Assembly (NCBI RefSeq): GCF_006345805.1
Contig: NC_043012.1
Coordinates: 37,076,001 to 37,140,000, forward strand
Direction: 5' to 3'
Source: Octopus sinensis
Taxonomy: Eukaryota
DNA length: 64,000 nucleotides
Of the stretch, positions 50,649 to 63,043 are shown piece by piece. A program made the position numbers and the translations under genes. Position 1 is the first letter of the stretch. Each line of letters starts with the position of its first letter. Under the pieces are notes generated by a model that saw nothing but the letters and a program-made list of their open reading frames with translations, did no database searches and was not told where the DNA came from.

Positions 50649-52060
50649 TATACTATATATATATATATTTGAGTGCATTTTTTTCTGACTTATGGACTCT
50701 TAGACGGCTTACACCACAAACACATACACACACAAACACACAAACACATACACACACAAACACATACACACACACAAACATACACACACACATACGCACG
50801 TACATTTTATACAAGAAATGAATGAAGCTACAAGACTTGTATGGCCCGTCTCACCTCATGCGTGAAATTATAGACCTGTGGAATGTAAAAAGAGGGACCA
50901 CCCCAGGTTTTATGTGGTCGTTCAACTTGCTAGAAATAGCAAACAAAACTCCCTCAAATTGTGAAAAAGTCAGGATGGTCACGGCTAGAATACTTTAGAT
51001 CATAGGTCAGCAGGAACAGGGCTGACTTAGGGCTAAAGAAAAGAACAGCTTCAAACTCCACTCAGCCAGCCTGAGTCACTCAACCTGGTTATCTTCCTTT
51101 CACCAAAGTGGTACTCATGTGTCTTACTTTTCCCTTCAGTTCTTCAGATATTCTCTCCATTTTTTTTTTTATCAAAACTACCATTTACCATTTTCACAGA
51201 TTTTCTGTAATCAAACTACTTAAAGTGGAAGAAGAAGAATGCAGAGAGGAAGAGAAGACCAAGAGACTCTGTCCAGACCCTTTACCATATCGTGTTTGGT
51301 CTGGCACCATAGGTTGTCACAATGGTGCCAAAATGTCGTAAAGCTGTTGAATACTCTACAACATCTTCATCCTTTAACATCCGTTTTCAATGCTGGCATG
51401 GGTTGGTAAGGATCTGGCATGCTGGAAAGCTGCACCGGACTCCAGTCATCTTGTTTCAGTGTGGTTTCTATGAGTGGGTGCCCTTCCTAATACCAACCAA
51501 TTTACAGAGCTAACTGGGCGTTTTATATGTGGTATCAGCACCAGTGGGTATGTGTGTGTATCATCATCATCATCATCAACATCTGTCTCCCGTGCATGCA
51601 TGGGTAGGACAGTTCACAGGAGCTGGCCAGGTAGAAAAACTACCCCAGGCTACTGTGTCTGTTTTGGCAGGGTTTTGCAGCTGGATGCCCTTCCTAACAC
51701 CAACCACTCTGCAGAGTAGACTCAGTGCTTTTTACTTGACACTAGCAGAGGTGAGGTTAGGTTTGGCATGATTTTTACAGCTGGATGCCCTTCCAAATGC
51801 CAACCACATTACAGTGTGGACTGGATGCTTTTAACATGGCACCAGTGCTGACAGGGTCACCAAGTAACTCCCAAGACAAGGAAATTTTGAGAGGGGCAGA
51901 GGCATTAGTGGAGGGGAACTCATGTCAGAGGATGAAAAGTTAGAGGGTGACCAAGAGGCAGTGAGACAAGAAGCAGGTGTCTTGTTACAATGGAGGGGGT
52001 ATTAGAGAAGGTGATCCAGTATCCACCGATGAAAGGTTAGAGTGTGTGTATACATATATA

Positions 52061-52092
<32 letters not shown>

Positions 52093-52875
52093 ATATATAT
52101 ATATATATGTTAAATGATGATGATGATGATGATGATGATATATATATATAAATAAGAAATGTTGAGCTGACGAAAGAAATGTCGAGTTTTAATTCGGCTA
52201 ATCTAGAAACGTTGAACGTTCTCAAATAATCTTTGTACATGTGATATTTTGGTGTTTTCCCTCCATATCTATGTGAATTATTTTTGAGTAAGCACTTTCA
52301 GGGAGATTCTTCTTAAAGTAGTAGAAATGGCTAAAGAAAATTTTTTTTAGCTGCTATTTCTAAAAATTTCAGTGTGTGGCAAAGTAAATTATTTTACTGA
52401 GCCCTTAATTATATAAAGTAATATTTTGAATACGCCTTGAATGGTCCTTTCACATACTGAAAACTACTTGGTGAAATTAATTAATAACTAATTGATTTTA
52501 CCCTTAATTATTGATATATATATATATATATTTTCCCATCCAACCCATGCTAGCATGGAAAACGGATGTTAAGATTGAACTCAAACCTATGTAACTGCAA
52601 AGCAACGATCTTAATCACTGAGCCATGTCTTGAAAGTTCTTATGAAATGGTTTTCATGCGAGAATTATTAAATGATGGCATTATGATGGAATGCCGTTTG
52701 GTCAATAACCTACCAAATTATCATTTGGGAAATCAAGGAAGAAACGGTTTTTTTTCAAAATTTGAGAAGAAATGTCATTCTGCTTGACTTTTCAGATAAT
52801 GTTGAAAGAAGAAGAAGAAAACAGAAAGAAATAATAACTACTTTGATTTCTTAGGAAGAACTTATATATATAATA

Positions 52876-52917
<42 letters not shown>

Positions 52918-54062
52918 TATGTATGTATGTATGTATGTATATATGTATGTATGTATGTAAATATATATATATATATATACACATATATACATACATTTAT
53001 ATATATATACATACGAAGACACACATATATACACTGCATATATAAATATGTGTATGTGTATGTATGTATATATATATATGTGTATATATATATATATATA
53101 TGTATGTGTATATATATATATGTATATATATATACGTATATATATATACATACATATATACACACACACACACACATATATATATATACATACATACGCA
53201 TGCATGTCACACACATAAAAAGAGATATATCTGGATATGTATGTATGTCTACGTGTGTGCGTGTGCATGTGTGTGTGTGTGTGTGTGTAATAAGGAAATA
53301 CTTAAGATGAAGTGGACATCAGAGTGAAAGGTAGACAAAATAGGTTCCTCGTAGCACTTCTCATCAATAGGAAAAAATGATGTTGTAGTCGCTGTTGGTG
53401 TTGCTGTTGTTGTTGTTGAGTGGTAAAGCAGCTCTGTGACATTTCAGTTGTGACAACCAATGGTGCCAGACCAAAGACGATTATGGTAAAGCGTCTGGAC
53501 ACAGTCTTTTGGTCTCCTCCTCTCAACGTTCTTCTTCTCTCACTTTCAATACTTCAATGAAGGTCTGCAAAAACGGTAAATGGCACTTGAGTAACACTTT
53601 GGTGAGGGGAAGATAACCAGGTTGAGTGACTCAGACTAAGTGAGTTGGGGTTTGAGGTTGTTCTGTTGTTTAGCCCTAGGTCAGCCCTCTCCTTGCTGAC
53701 CTGTGATCAAAAGTATTTAGCCATGACCATCATGTCTTTTTTACAATTTGAGAGAGTTTTGTTTGCTATTTCTAGCAAGTTGAACGACCACATAAAACCT
53801 GGGGTGGTCCCTCTTTTTACATTCCACAGGTCTATAATTTCACGCATGAGGTGAGACGTGCCATGCAAGTCTTGTAGCTTCATTCATTTCTTGTATAAAA
53901 TATATCAATACATACAATATATAAATATATCATATTTTGTATATATAATATATATATATATATATATACCGCATTTATATATTTATATATTTATATATAT
54001 GAATGGCAACGAGAAACTCAGAGTAACAGATTTTGTTGAATTTTCTGCTGCTTAAAATAAAG

Positions 54063-54122
<60 letters not shown>

Positions 54123-54475
54123 TATAACAATATTAATATAAATTTTGTTAATATATGTAATATGAAATATCATATATAACATATATTAATATTTATAATA
54201 TAAAATATCTTTATATAATTATATATATATTTATATGTGTAATATTTATAATATATGTTAATATATGTAAATATATTCAATATTTTCATGGGATATAAAG
54301 ATTTAATATTAAAAAATAAGGAAAAAAGACCCAGATCAATGCAAGGATAGTTTAATGAAACTTTGAGGTTTGTTTTGGTTGTTGCCAAAGTCTTTGATGT
54401 TTGGAATAATATTAGTCTACTGAGGACGGAAGAGAATTCTTCAGATTTGAATCAGTCACAAATGAGATGGTTTAT
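49950..54475. repeat. Older inverted duplication: arms ~49950-51360 and ~53410-54475, spacer ~2 kb
   Basis: Three collinear mirrored blocks (49950-50250/54190-54475, 50800-51125/53585-53905, 51180-51345/53440-53580), more diverged than the 42.8-45.7 kb pair. Confidence 0.9.
52162..52225 (+). ncRNA. Type-I hammerhead ribozyme motif with a canonical core and a foldable helix III
   Basis: ttgag CTGACGA a aga-aat-gtcgag-ttttaa-ttcggc-taa-tct a GAA acgt-tga-acgt T ctcaa; GUU cleavage triplet. Confidence 0.65.
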
Positions 54476-55264
54476 TTATTCATTTACTTGTTTCAGTCAT
54501 TTGTCAGTGGCCATGCTGGAGCACCATCTTTAGCGAAACAAATCGAGCTCAGGATTTATTCTTTGTAAGCCTAGTACTTATTCTATCATTCTCTTTTGCT
54601 GAACTGCTAATGTTACAAGAATGTAAACATGTCAACATCGGTTATCTAGCAATGGTGGAAGGACAAACAGAGACACACACACACACACACACACATAACA
54701 AGCTTCTTTCAGTTTCCGTCTGCCAAATCCACTCACAAGGCTTTGGCCTGCTAGAGGCTATAGTAGAAGATACTTGCCCAAGGTGCCATGCAGTGGGATT
54801 GAACCTAAAACCATGTGGTTGGGAAGCAAGCTTCTTACCACACAACCACTCCTGCACCTATAAATATATATACATACATATACACACACACACACACACA
54901 CATGGAGGCATGTGGGTTAGTGGTTGGGGTGTTGGACTTATGATTATAAGATTGTGGTTTCAATTCCTGAACCAGGCAATACATTGTGTTCTTGAGCAAG
55001 ACACTTCATTTCACGTTGCTCCAGTCCACTCAGCTGCCAAAAATGAGTAAATGTGCGATGGACTGGCATCTTGTCCAGGTAGGGGATATATACACCACTG
55101 AAACAAGGAGACCAGCCCTTATCAGCCTGGCATGGCTCGTGAAGGAGACATTTATTTTTTAAAGATACAGAAATGAATTTTTTTTTATTCTCAAACATGT
55201 GATAATGTTAATAAATAGTGTGATCAGGATAAATTATCCATACATTTCAGAAAAATACATTACC

Positions 55265-55336
55265 AGCCAGCCACGAGACTTGAACTCACATCCCTGTGAT
55301 TACACGTCAAGTGCTTTACCATTAAGCTAAACTGCC
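55265..55336 (-). pseudogene. tRNA-like sequence (degenerate cloverleaf, TGT at the anticodon position); tRNA pseudogene or SINE head
   Basis: GGCAGTT TA GCTT AATGGTA AAGC A CTTGA CGTGTAA TCACA GGGAT GTGAG TTCAAGT CTCGT GGCTGGC T; A and B boxes present; mismatches in the acceptor and anticodon stems. Confidence 0.45.
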
Positions 55337-56561
55337 CAATAACGAATTCTTCTGCAATTTTAGAACTTATAACTTTAGCTTCATAAGATGCTAACGTTAA
55401 ATTCAATTTATGATGAAAGTAAAGAAACAAAGTTTTTAGAAATGTTGAGATGTATCGAAAAATAGAGAAATAAATATATTTCTGTATCTTTCAATACATC
55501 TCAAAAGTATTCTAGCCATGACCATCACTTCTAAAAACAAACTTTATTTTTTATTATATACACACACACATGATAGGCTTTTCTCAGTTCTCATCTATCA
55601 CATCCACTCATGAGACTTTAGTCGGCCTGCAGAGAGAGTAAAAGACACTTATCCAAGGTGCTGTGCAGAAGAATTGAACCCAATATCACATAGTCGGGAA
55701 GCAATCTTCTTAACAACACAGCTATACAATTCTTATCAGTTTAGAAAAAACAAAAAAAAAAAATATTGATAAGGTATTGATTGTCTTTAATTAATTATGT
55801 CAACAGCAGTTTGGAACTGAATTAAGCTCATCAAATTTCATTTTCAAGTCAGAATCTACCATTTCTTGGCAGTGAGCTGGCAGACACGTTAGCATGCTGG
55901 GTGAAATGCTTAGCGGTATTTCATCTCTCTTTACGTTCTGAGTTCAAATTCCGCCAAGGTCGACTTTGCCTTTCATCCTTTCGGGGTCAATAAATCAAGT
56001 ACCAGTTGCATACTGGGGTCGATCTAATCCACTGGCCCCCTCCCCCAAAATTTTGGGCCTTGTGCCTAGAGCAGAAAAGAAAAGAATACACCATTTCTAA
56101 TGGTACAACATTTGGAGGATTTTGTATTTTTCTTAGTTTTCCAGGTGAGAATAGGTTTGAAAATGTGGGTAAACAGTCTTCTTAAGTAAAATATATTTCC
56201 AGGTGTGGCTGTATGGCTGAGAAATATGTATTATATACGACAGGCTTCTTTCAGTTTCTGTCTATCAAATCCAATCACAAGGCTTTTGGTCAGCTCGAGG
56301 CTATAGTAGAAGACACTTGCCCAATGTGCCACACAGTGGGACTGAACCCGAAACCATGTGGTTGGTAAGCAAGCTTCTTACCACACAGCCAATCATGCGC
56401 CTACATATTATCTATTAATATGCTTTCCATGCTGGCATGGGTTGGACGGTTTGACTGGAGCTGGTAAACCAGAGAGCTGCACCAAGTTCCAGTCTGATTT
56501 GGCATAGTAGTTATGGCTGAATGCCCTTCCTAATGCCAACCACTCCATGAGTGTAATGGGT

Positions 56562-56608
<47 letters not shown>

Positions 56609-58326
56609 ATGTTATCTTATAATATGCCTTCCTTGCTGGCATGGGTTGGATGATTTAAAAGGATCCAAGGTTCGGAAATTTGTGTCATGCTCCACTGCCT
56701 GCTTTGGCCTGCTTTCTATGGTTGGCTGCCTTTCCTAATGCCAACCACTTAATAGTGTGTGGATGTCTTAATTTTCTTGCCATGAGTGAGGTCACCTTGC
56801 AGCTTGCAAGGGCTAAGTTCCCCATCGACTGAGTTGAGGCTGCAGTAGAGAGGGGAGCTGGCTTTATGCTAGGAGATGGAAGGTTCGGGTGTGAAGGGGT
56901 CACAACGGGTTTGTTGCTCTCTCACTCTCTATAGGGCTATTCACATTGTGCACACCCTTCAATTGGACCCCAGACTGCTGGTTTACGGAGTGTACTGAGT
57001 GCCTTTTATGTGGTGCCATCATGGGAGCTTTTTATGTCGCGCTAGCACAGGTGCTCTTTATGTGGGGCCAACACGGGTTCCTTATATGTGGTGACAGCCC
57101 AGGTGCTTTTGTAGTATATCACATAAACACGTAGCCATTCAAACACTGTTGCTACCTTTGCAAATCCTGTTGCATTTCACAAGGAAGTTTTGGTCCTCCA
57201 ATTACATTTTGGTGTACAAGTTGACCTACTTCTTTGGGTCTGAAAACTTATCTGAAAAACTCAATTTGCAAGCTGGAAAATGGGGCATGCTGCTTTTCAA
57301 TCAGTAACCTCAAATTTTCCTTCTATTTCAGTCAAATCTTTTGTTTTTGTAATGTTGATAAAGATCACCTTCTTCTTTATTATGAGAGAAACTATTTTTA
57401 CAAACAATGCGCAACAGTTTTCAGGAAGAACCCGCCATAAACAAGAACTTATTTTTCCCACTCTTTATTCAATTCACGTTTTGTATTAATTCCTGATTTT
57501 CTTTTCTTTATTTTTCTTGTGAATTTTAAAGAGAAAAAAAAACAAACAAAGACAAAGTGATTTAAAAAAATAAACCAAAAAAAAACTACATGTCTGATCT
57601 ATTGACAAAAGGCAAACCTTAAAATACAATGGGGCAAAATACAGGAGTGCCCACAGCAAACTGATCAGCAAAAGACTTGCGACAGTCCAATTCTGACCTT
57701 CACCTCAGAATAAAACAAGCAATGGAGCGAAGAATTACTTACACAGGACTGAGCCATGCGCAATTTCTAAACACCCAATGTGCCACTGGTGAGAAGTGCC
57801 ATAATTTTTTCACTCCTCTTGTGGGGGTTCCTTTGTGCCATTTTGGCAGTTGTAGTGATGATGGTGATGATAGTGGTGGTGGTGGTGGTGGTTATAGAGG
57901 GGATGGTGGGGGTGGTTGTGACGGTGGTAGCTGTGATGTTGGTTATGGTAGTGGTGGCGTTACGTTGTGAGTTCAAATTTCACCGAGGTCGACTTTGCCT
58001 TTCATCCTTTCGGGGTCGATAAATTAAGTACCAGTTATGCACTGGGGTCGATATAATTGACTTAATACCTATGTCTGTCCTTGTTTGTCCCCTCTGTCTT
58101 TAGTCCCTTGTGGGTAATAAAGAAATAGGTTATGGTAGTGGTGATGATGGCATTGGTGATAGCAGTGATGGTGATGCGGGTGGGGGTGGGGGTGATGGTA
58201 GACGCCATGGTGGCGCTAGTTAGGGTTCGGATGTTAGTAATGGTGAGGGTTATGGAGGTGGTGGTGATGGTAGTGATATCAGTGGTGGTGGTGGTGGTGG
58301 TGGTTGTGATGAGGACTATAAGGAAA

Positions 58327-58359
<33 letters not shown>

Positions 58360-59941
58360 GCAGAAGCAATGGCGGTGGTGCTGGAGGTGGTGGTGTACAT
58401 GATGCTACTTCTGCTGCAGCTGCAGCTGCTGTTGCTGCTATCAACAGTCTCAAAGACACCAGAAGGTTTATTAGAGTTTCCGCTGGAATCTAAGAGAAAA
58501 GACATGAAATCGATAGAAAACTGGAAGGAAATGTATTTAATGGTGTTTCCTAGCAAGATTAGAACCCTGGCCCCCACCACTTCAACGGTGGAAAGAAACA
58601 ACAAAAACAAAAAGAAAGAAACATTTCTTTCGTTGATCATTAAAGAAACACAAAAAATAAAAAAAGATGTCTAATAAAAACAACACAAAAAAAATTAGGA
58701 ATAAAAGAGATTAAAAAGAAATCAAGGTCATGGTTTGTGTGTGTGTGTGTGTATGAGTATGTGTGTGTGTATGTGTATGTGTGTGTATGTGCGCATGCAT
58801 GTGTGTATGAGTACGTGTGTGTGTAAGTGTGTGTGTATGCTTGTGTGTGTATGAGTATGTGTGTGTGTGTATGTGTGCATGTATGTATGAGTATGTGTGT
58901 GTGTATGTGTATGCTTGTGTGTGTGTGTATGAGTATGTGTGTGCATGTGTGTATGAGTATGTGTGCATGTATGAGTATTTGTGTGTGTGCATATGTGTGT
59001 GCATGAGCATATGTGTTAGTTTATGTGTGTATATGTATGTACATGTATGCATGCACGTGTACACATATATGTGTATATGAACATACAAGCATGTGTGTGT
59101 GTGTATCTACAGGTATGGGCATGTCTGTGTGTGTGTGTGTGCGCAGGGAATTCCTTTCCCACTTATTCCCCCCCTCTCTCCCTGCAACCGTTGACTCCCA
59201 TTTCCTGAAGAACACCAACAATGGCAACCAATTGTCCCTACAAGTCTTGGAGGGGACCAGCAAAGTGCCGTTTGCGCAGCGCCACCATGCTCCAGTGAAG
59301 CCATCACAAATAATGCATGAACGAATTCCTAAAGGCATGGGTATGGCTGAGTGGTTAAGAAACCTGTTTCCCAACGACAGGGTCTCGGGTTCAGTCCCAC
59401 TTCACCTGGCCCCTTGGTCTTCTGTAATAGCCCCAAGCTGACCAATGCCACGTGAATAAGTTTGATAGGCAGAAACTGTGTGGAAGCCTATCGTATATAC
59501 ATAAAAATAGCCATCCATCCTCCCCACCCCCCTCCTATTCCAATGGATTGGAAGTTGATATAATAATGGTAGAAGAAGCAGGGAAGAGGAATATCTTTGG
59601 TTTTAATAAATTCCTTACAAAAACAGCATCGATTGCAAATTATGCACCAATGAGACGTGACATGCTCTGAAGAATCGATAATAACCCTTTCTATATAATA
59701 AGGCATAAGACCTGAAATTTCGGGGTGGGGGGGACTAGCGAATCACGTCGACCTTGGTGTTTCACTGGTACTTAATTTATCGACCCCTAAAGGATGAAAG
59801 GCAAAGTCGGCCTCGGTGGAATTTGAAATCAGATAGTAGCAACAGGTGAAATACTGCAGAGAATTTTAGTTGGCGTGCTAACAATCCTGGCAGCTTGCCG
59901 CCACCACCGCCTTCTTCTTCTTCTTCTTCTTTGTTGTCGTC

Positions 59942-59984
<43 letters not shown>

Positions 59985-60410
59985 CAAGAATTATAGACCA
60001 CAAACCTGAAGGCATTGTCGAAAATAGAAATTCAAAGATCCAGTGGGATTCTATGATTCAGTGCAACCATGAGATAGAGAATAGGAAGCTGGACATAGTC
60101 TTAATAGAGAAAGAAAACAAACTATGCTGGATCATAGATATAGCATGCCTAGATGACAACAAGGTATGCGATAAGGAAGAAAGAAAAGTTGAGAGATATG
60201 ACAGGTTAGCTTGGGAAGTTAAGCAGTTGTGGTCGATGGAAAAGGTAGCAGTAGCACCAATGATTGTTGAAGCCCTGGGAACAGTGAGCTAAAATCTCGA
60301 GAAGTACATGGAACAAATAGGGGCTGCAATAAGGGTGGAGCACTTGCAGAAAACAGCACTGCTTGGAACAGCTCGAATACTCCGGAAGGTGCTCGAAAAA
60401 TACGAGATGT
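59985..60410 (+). mobile_element. 5'-truncated non-LTR retrotransposon with a restriction-like endonuclease (R4/Dong-type)
   Basis: KPEGIVEN...QWDSMIQCNHEIENRKLDIVLIEK...IIDIAC.DD...E.RKVERYDRL...GTVS*NLEKY...LQKTALLGTARILRKVL. Confidence 0.85.
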
Positions 60411-61435
60411 GACCATCGGTTGTCAAGCAATGTTGGGGGACAAACACAGGCAGACACACACACACACACATATATATATGACAGGCTTCTTTCAGTTTCC
60501 GTCTACTAAATCCACTCACAAGGCTTTGGTTGGCTTGAGGCTATAGTAGAAGACACTTGCCTAAGGTGCTATGCAGTGGGACTGAACCCAGAAACCATGC
60601 GGTTGGTAAGCAAGCTACTTACCACACAGCCACAAAGAACTCAAAAAATTTGTGAACTTACAAGTTTTTCATATAAACTGAATTTAAACTTATACCATAT
60701 TGGTAAGGTACCAATAAATGCTTTATTATTACTGCTCTCTAGTTTTGGGTTGCTGCCCCAATTAGCCCTCTGTAAGAGCTAGCTTAAAAATCTACACAGA
60801 AGGCGACTTTTAAGCTAGTGTCCAGTGGAATCTAAAAAAAAATAATTCTTGTGTATAACATGGAGTGACTTTTTGTCAGGGTTGCCATGTATAGAAGGGA
60901 AAAGGTGAGTTTAACCTGATATAAAAATACTATGAAGATATCTTGAGAAAAAGCAAATTTGAAAACGAAGGCCTTTGCAAAACAGTCATTAAATCATTTT
61001 TTGTTCCCATATTTCTGTTGAAATTCACTGTCTTTGAAAAATGATAAAGAATTTAGTGAGATAGCTTTTGTCGCTATTAATCTGGTGTTTGGAACAAGTT
61101 TAGATCACTTTAACTCTTTTGTTACCATCTTACTGTTGGAATGCTCCATTTTTCTTAAAATTAATTTTGAAAATGATGAAGAATTTATTAAAATGTCTGG
61201 TGTTTGTAACACAAGGAACAGAAAAGAAAAAAAACCCAGAAATTTCGGTGGAAGGTTCTAATTTAGATCACTTTAAATCTTGTCCTACCCATGTCAGCAT
61301 GGTAAACGGACATTAAACGATGACGATGATGATGATGATGAAGATGATGACGATGATGAAGATGATGACGATGATGATTTCTGCTGAAATACACTGTATT
61401 TTTCAATGTTATTATTATTGTTGTTATTATTATTA

Positions 61436-61478
<43 letters not shown>

Positions 61479-61479
<1 letters not shown>

Positions 61480-61557
61480 ATTCAGGTCACTGCCTGAAAT
61501 CGAACTCAGAATCTTAGGGTTAGTAGCCCGTGCCCTTAACCACTACACCATATGCCC
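61479..61557 (-). mobile_element. tRNA-derived Pol III head ending in (AAT)n
   Basis: gggcatatggtgtagtggttaagggcacgggctactaaccctaagattctgagttcgatttcaggcagtgacctga. Confidence 0.65.
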
Positions 61558-61593
61558 GTAGGCAATTGTGGACTGTTCAATTCCAGGCAGAGA

Positions 61594-61653
<60 letters not shown>

Positions 61654-61707
61654 CAACATCAAAAAAATACCTTAAGAATGAGAACCCAGGTTCGAAATTT
61701 CCCCAAG

Positions 61708-61748
61708 ACACCTGATGAAGGCTGGAGGGTATATCAGCCGAACTGTGT
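61708..61748 (+). ncRNA. Degenerate hammerhead-like motif
   Basis: acac CTGATGA a ggctg-gagggtatat-cagcc GAA ct gtgt; helix III and cleavage triplet eroded. Confidence 0.45.
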
Positions 61749-63012
61749 TAACAAAAAATAAGAAGAGAACAAATATCTGTCAAATGTAAATAATGTAAAT
61801 AATGTACATAATTCCTCCTCTCTTAAATATAGAACTCTCGTAAATATTGTTGAACGCATCCCTGCAAATGCAATGTTCATAAGCAATTCGCTTTAAATAC
61901 AATGGGCAACCGGCAGTGAGACTGGTTTTAGCAGATCCCCAAAAGGGGCTCATGGCAGGCAATGGGTTAAAGAATGAGAATTGTACAGTTGATATATATA
62001 TATATATATATATATTCAAGAAGGGTGGGGTCAGGTTGATGTTTAATGGAGTGAGAGTACAGAGGATGTATGGGTTGTTTGAAAAGACTCCCAGCACCTG
62101 TCTGGGTGGGGGAATCTTTGACCACGAAAATATGACACAGAATTTGTGAATCTATTAAAGTGCATGTGTGTGTATGTGTGTATGTGTTTGTATGTATGTA
62201 TATACATATGTATGTTTGTATGTATATGCATTATGTGCTTGTGTATATATGCATATGTATGTGTTTGTGTGTATGCATGAGTATGTGTGTATGCACGTGC
62301 ATGTACATATATGTGTATGCGCGTGTGTGTGTGTGTGTGTCTGTATGAATATGTATATGTTTGTGTGCTTGTAAGTGTGCGTGTGTGTGTGTATGCATGT
62401 GTGTGTGTATGCATGCGTATATTGGAAGCCGCCATGTGCATGGATGTCTGTGGATGTTTGAATGCGTGCGCACTGCACGTGCAGACGGGTAGCGTGTGAC
62501 GGGTAGTCAGTGATGTGTGTCTAATTTTGTGAAATTATCTCAATTTATGAGATAGAGCAGGGTGGAGGGGAGAAAGGGAATGCGAGGGGGGAGGGACAAG
62601 GAAGAAAGGGAGGAAAAAGAGAGAAAGAGTGTGAAGGAGGAAGAGTGAATGAGAGAACAACACACACACACACACACACACAGGTAGATATAACTATATA
62701 CAAGTTGATAAATATACACATGTGAGCTGGTGTATCTCACATACACATATATACACACACAATCACTCATACATACATGCATGCATATATACATACACAC
62801 ACACACACTACCATCAAACAATCGGGGTATTTCTAAAGTCGGGTAGTTATTCTGAAGGAGAACAATCATCATCGCCATCATCACCACTACCTCTAACCAG
62901 TATGACCAGAAACATCACCATCAGCACCACCACCACCACTACAAACAGCTGCATCATCACCACCACAACCACCACCACCACCACCACCACCACCACTGCC
63001 ACCGCCGCCGCC

Positions 63013-63043
<31 letters not shown>

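Noticed and set aside
51268-51305. ccagac...gtctgg stem retained in both arms of the inverted duplication, considered as a pre-miRNA
   Set aside because: The stem is only 6-7 bp with no match to a miRNA I recognise.
57780-57850. Three GTGCCA motifs resembling miR-183/263 seed sites
   Set aside because: The hexamer is abundant in the local RTE-associated repeats, and no 3' UTR is established here.
58062-59088. 180-192 aa hydrophobic or HT-rich ORFs
   Set aside because: Built from a SINE tail plus (GGT)n, (GAT)n and (TG)n tracts.
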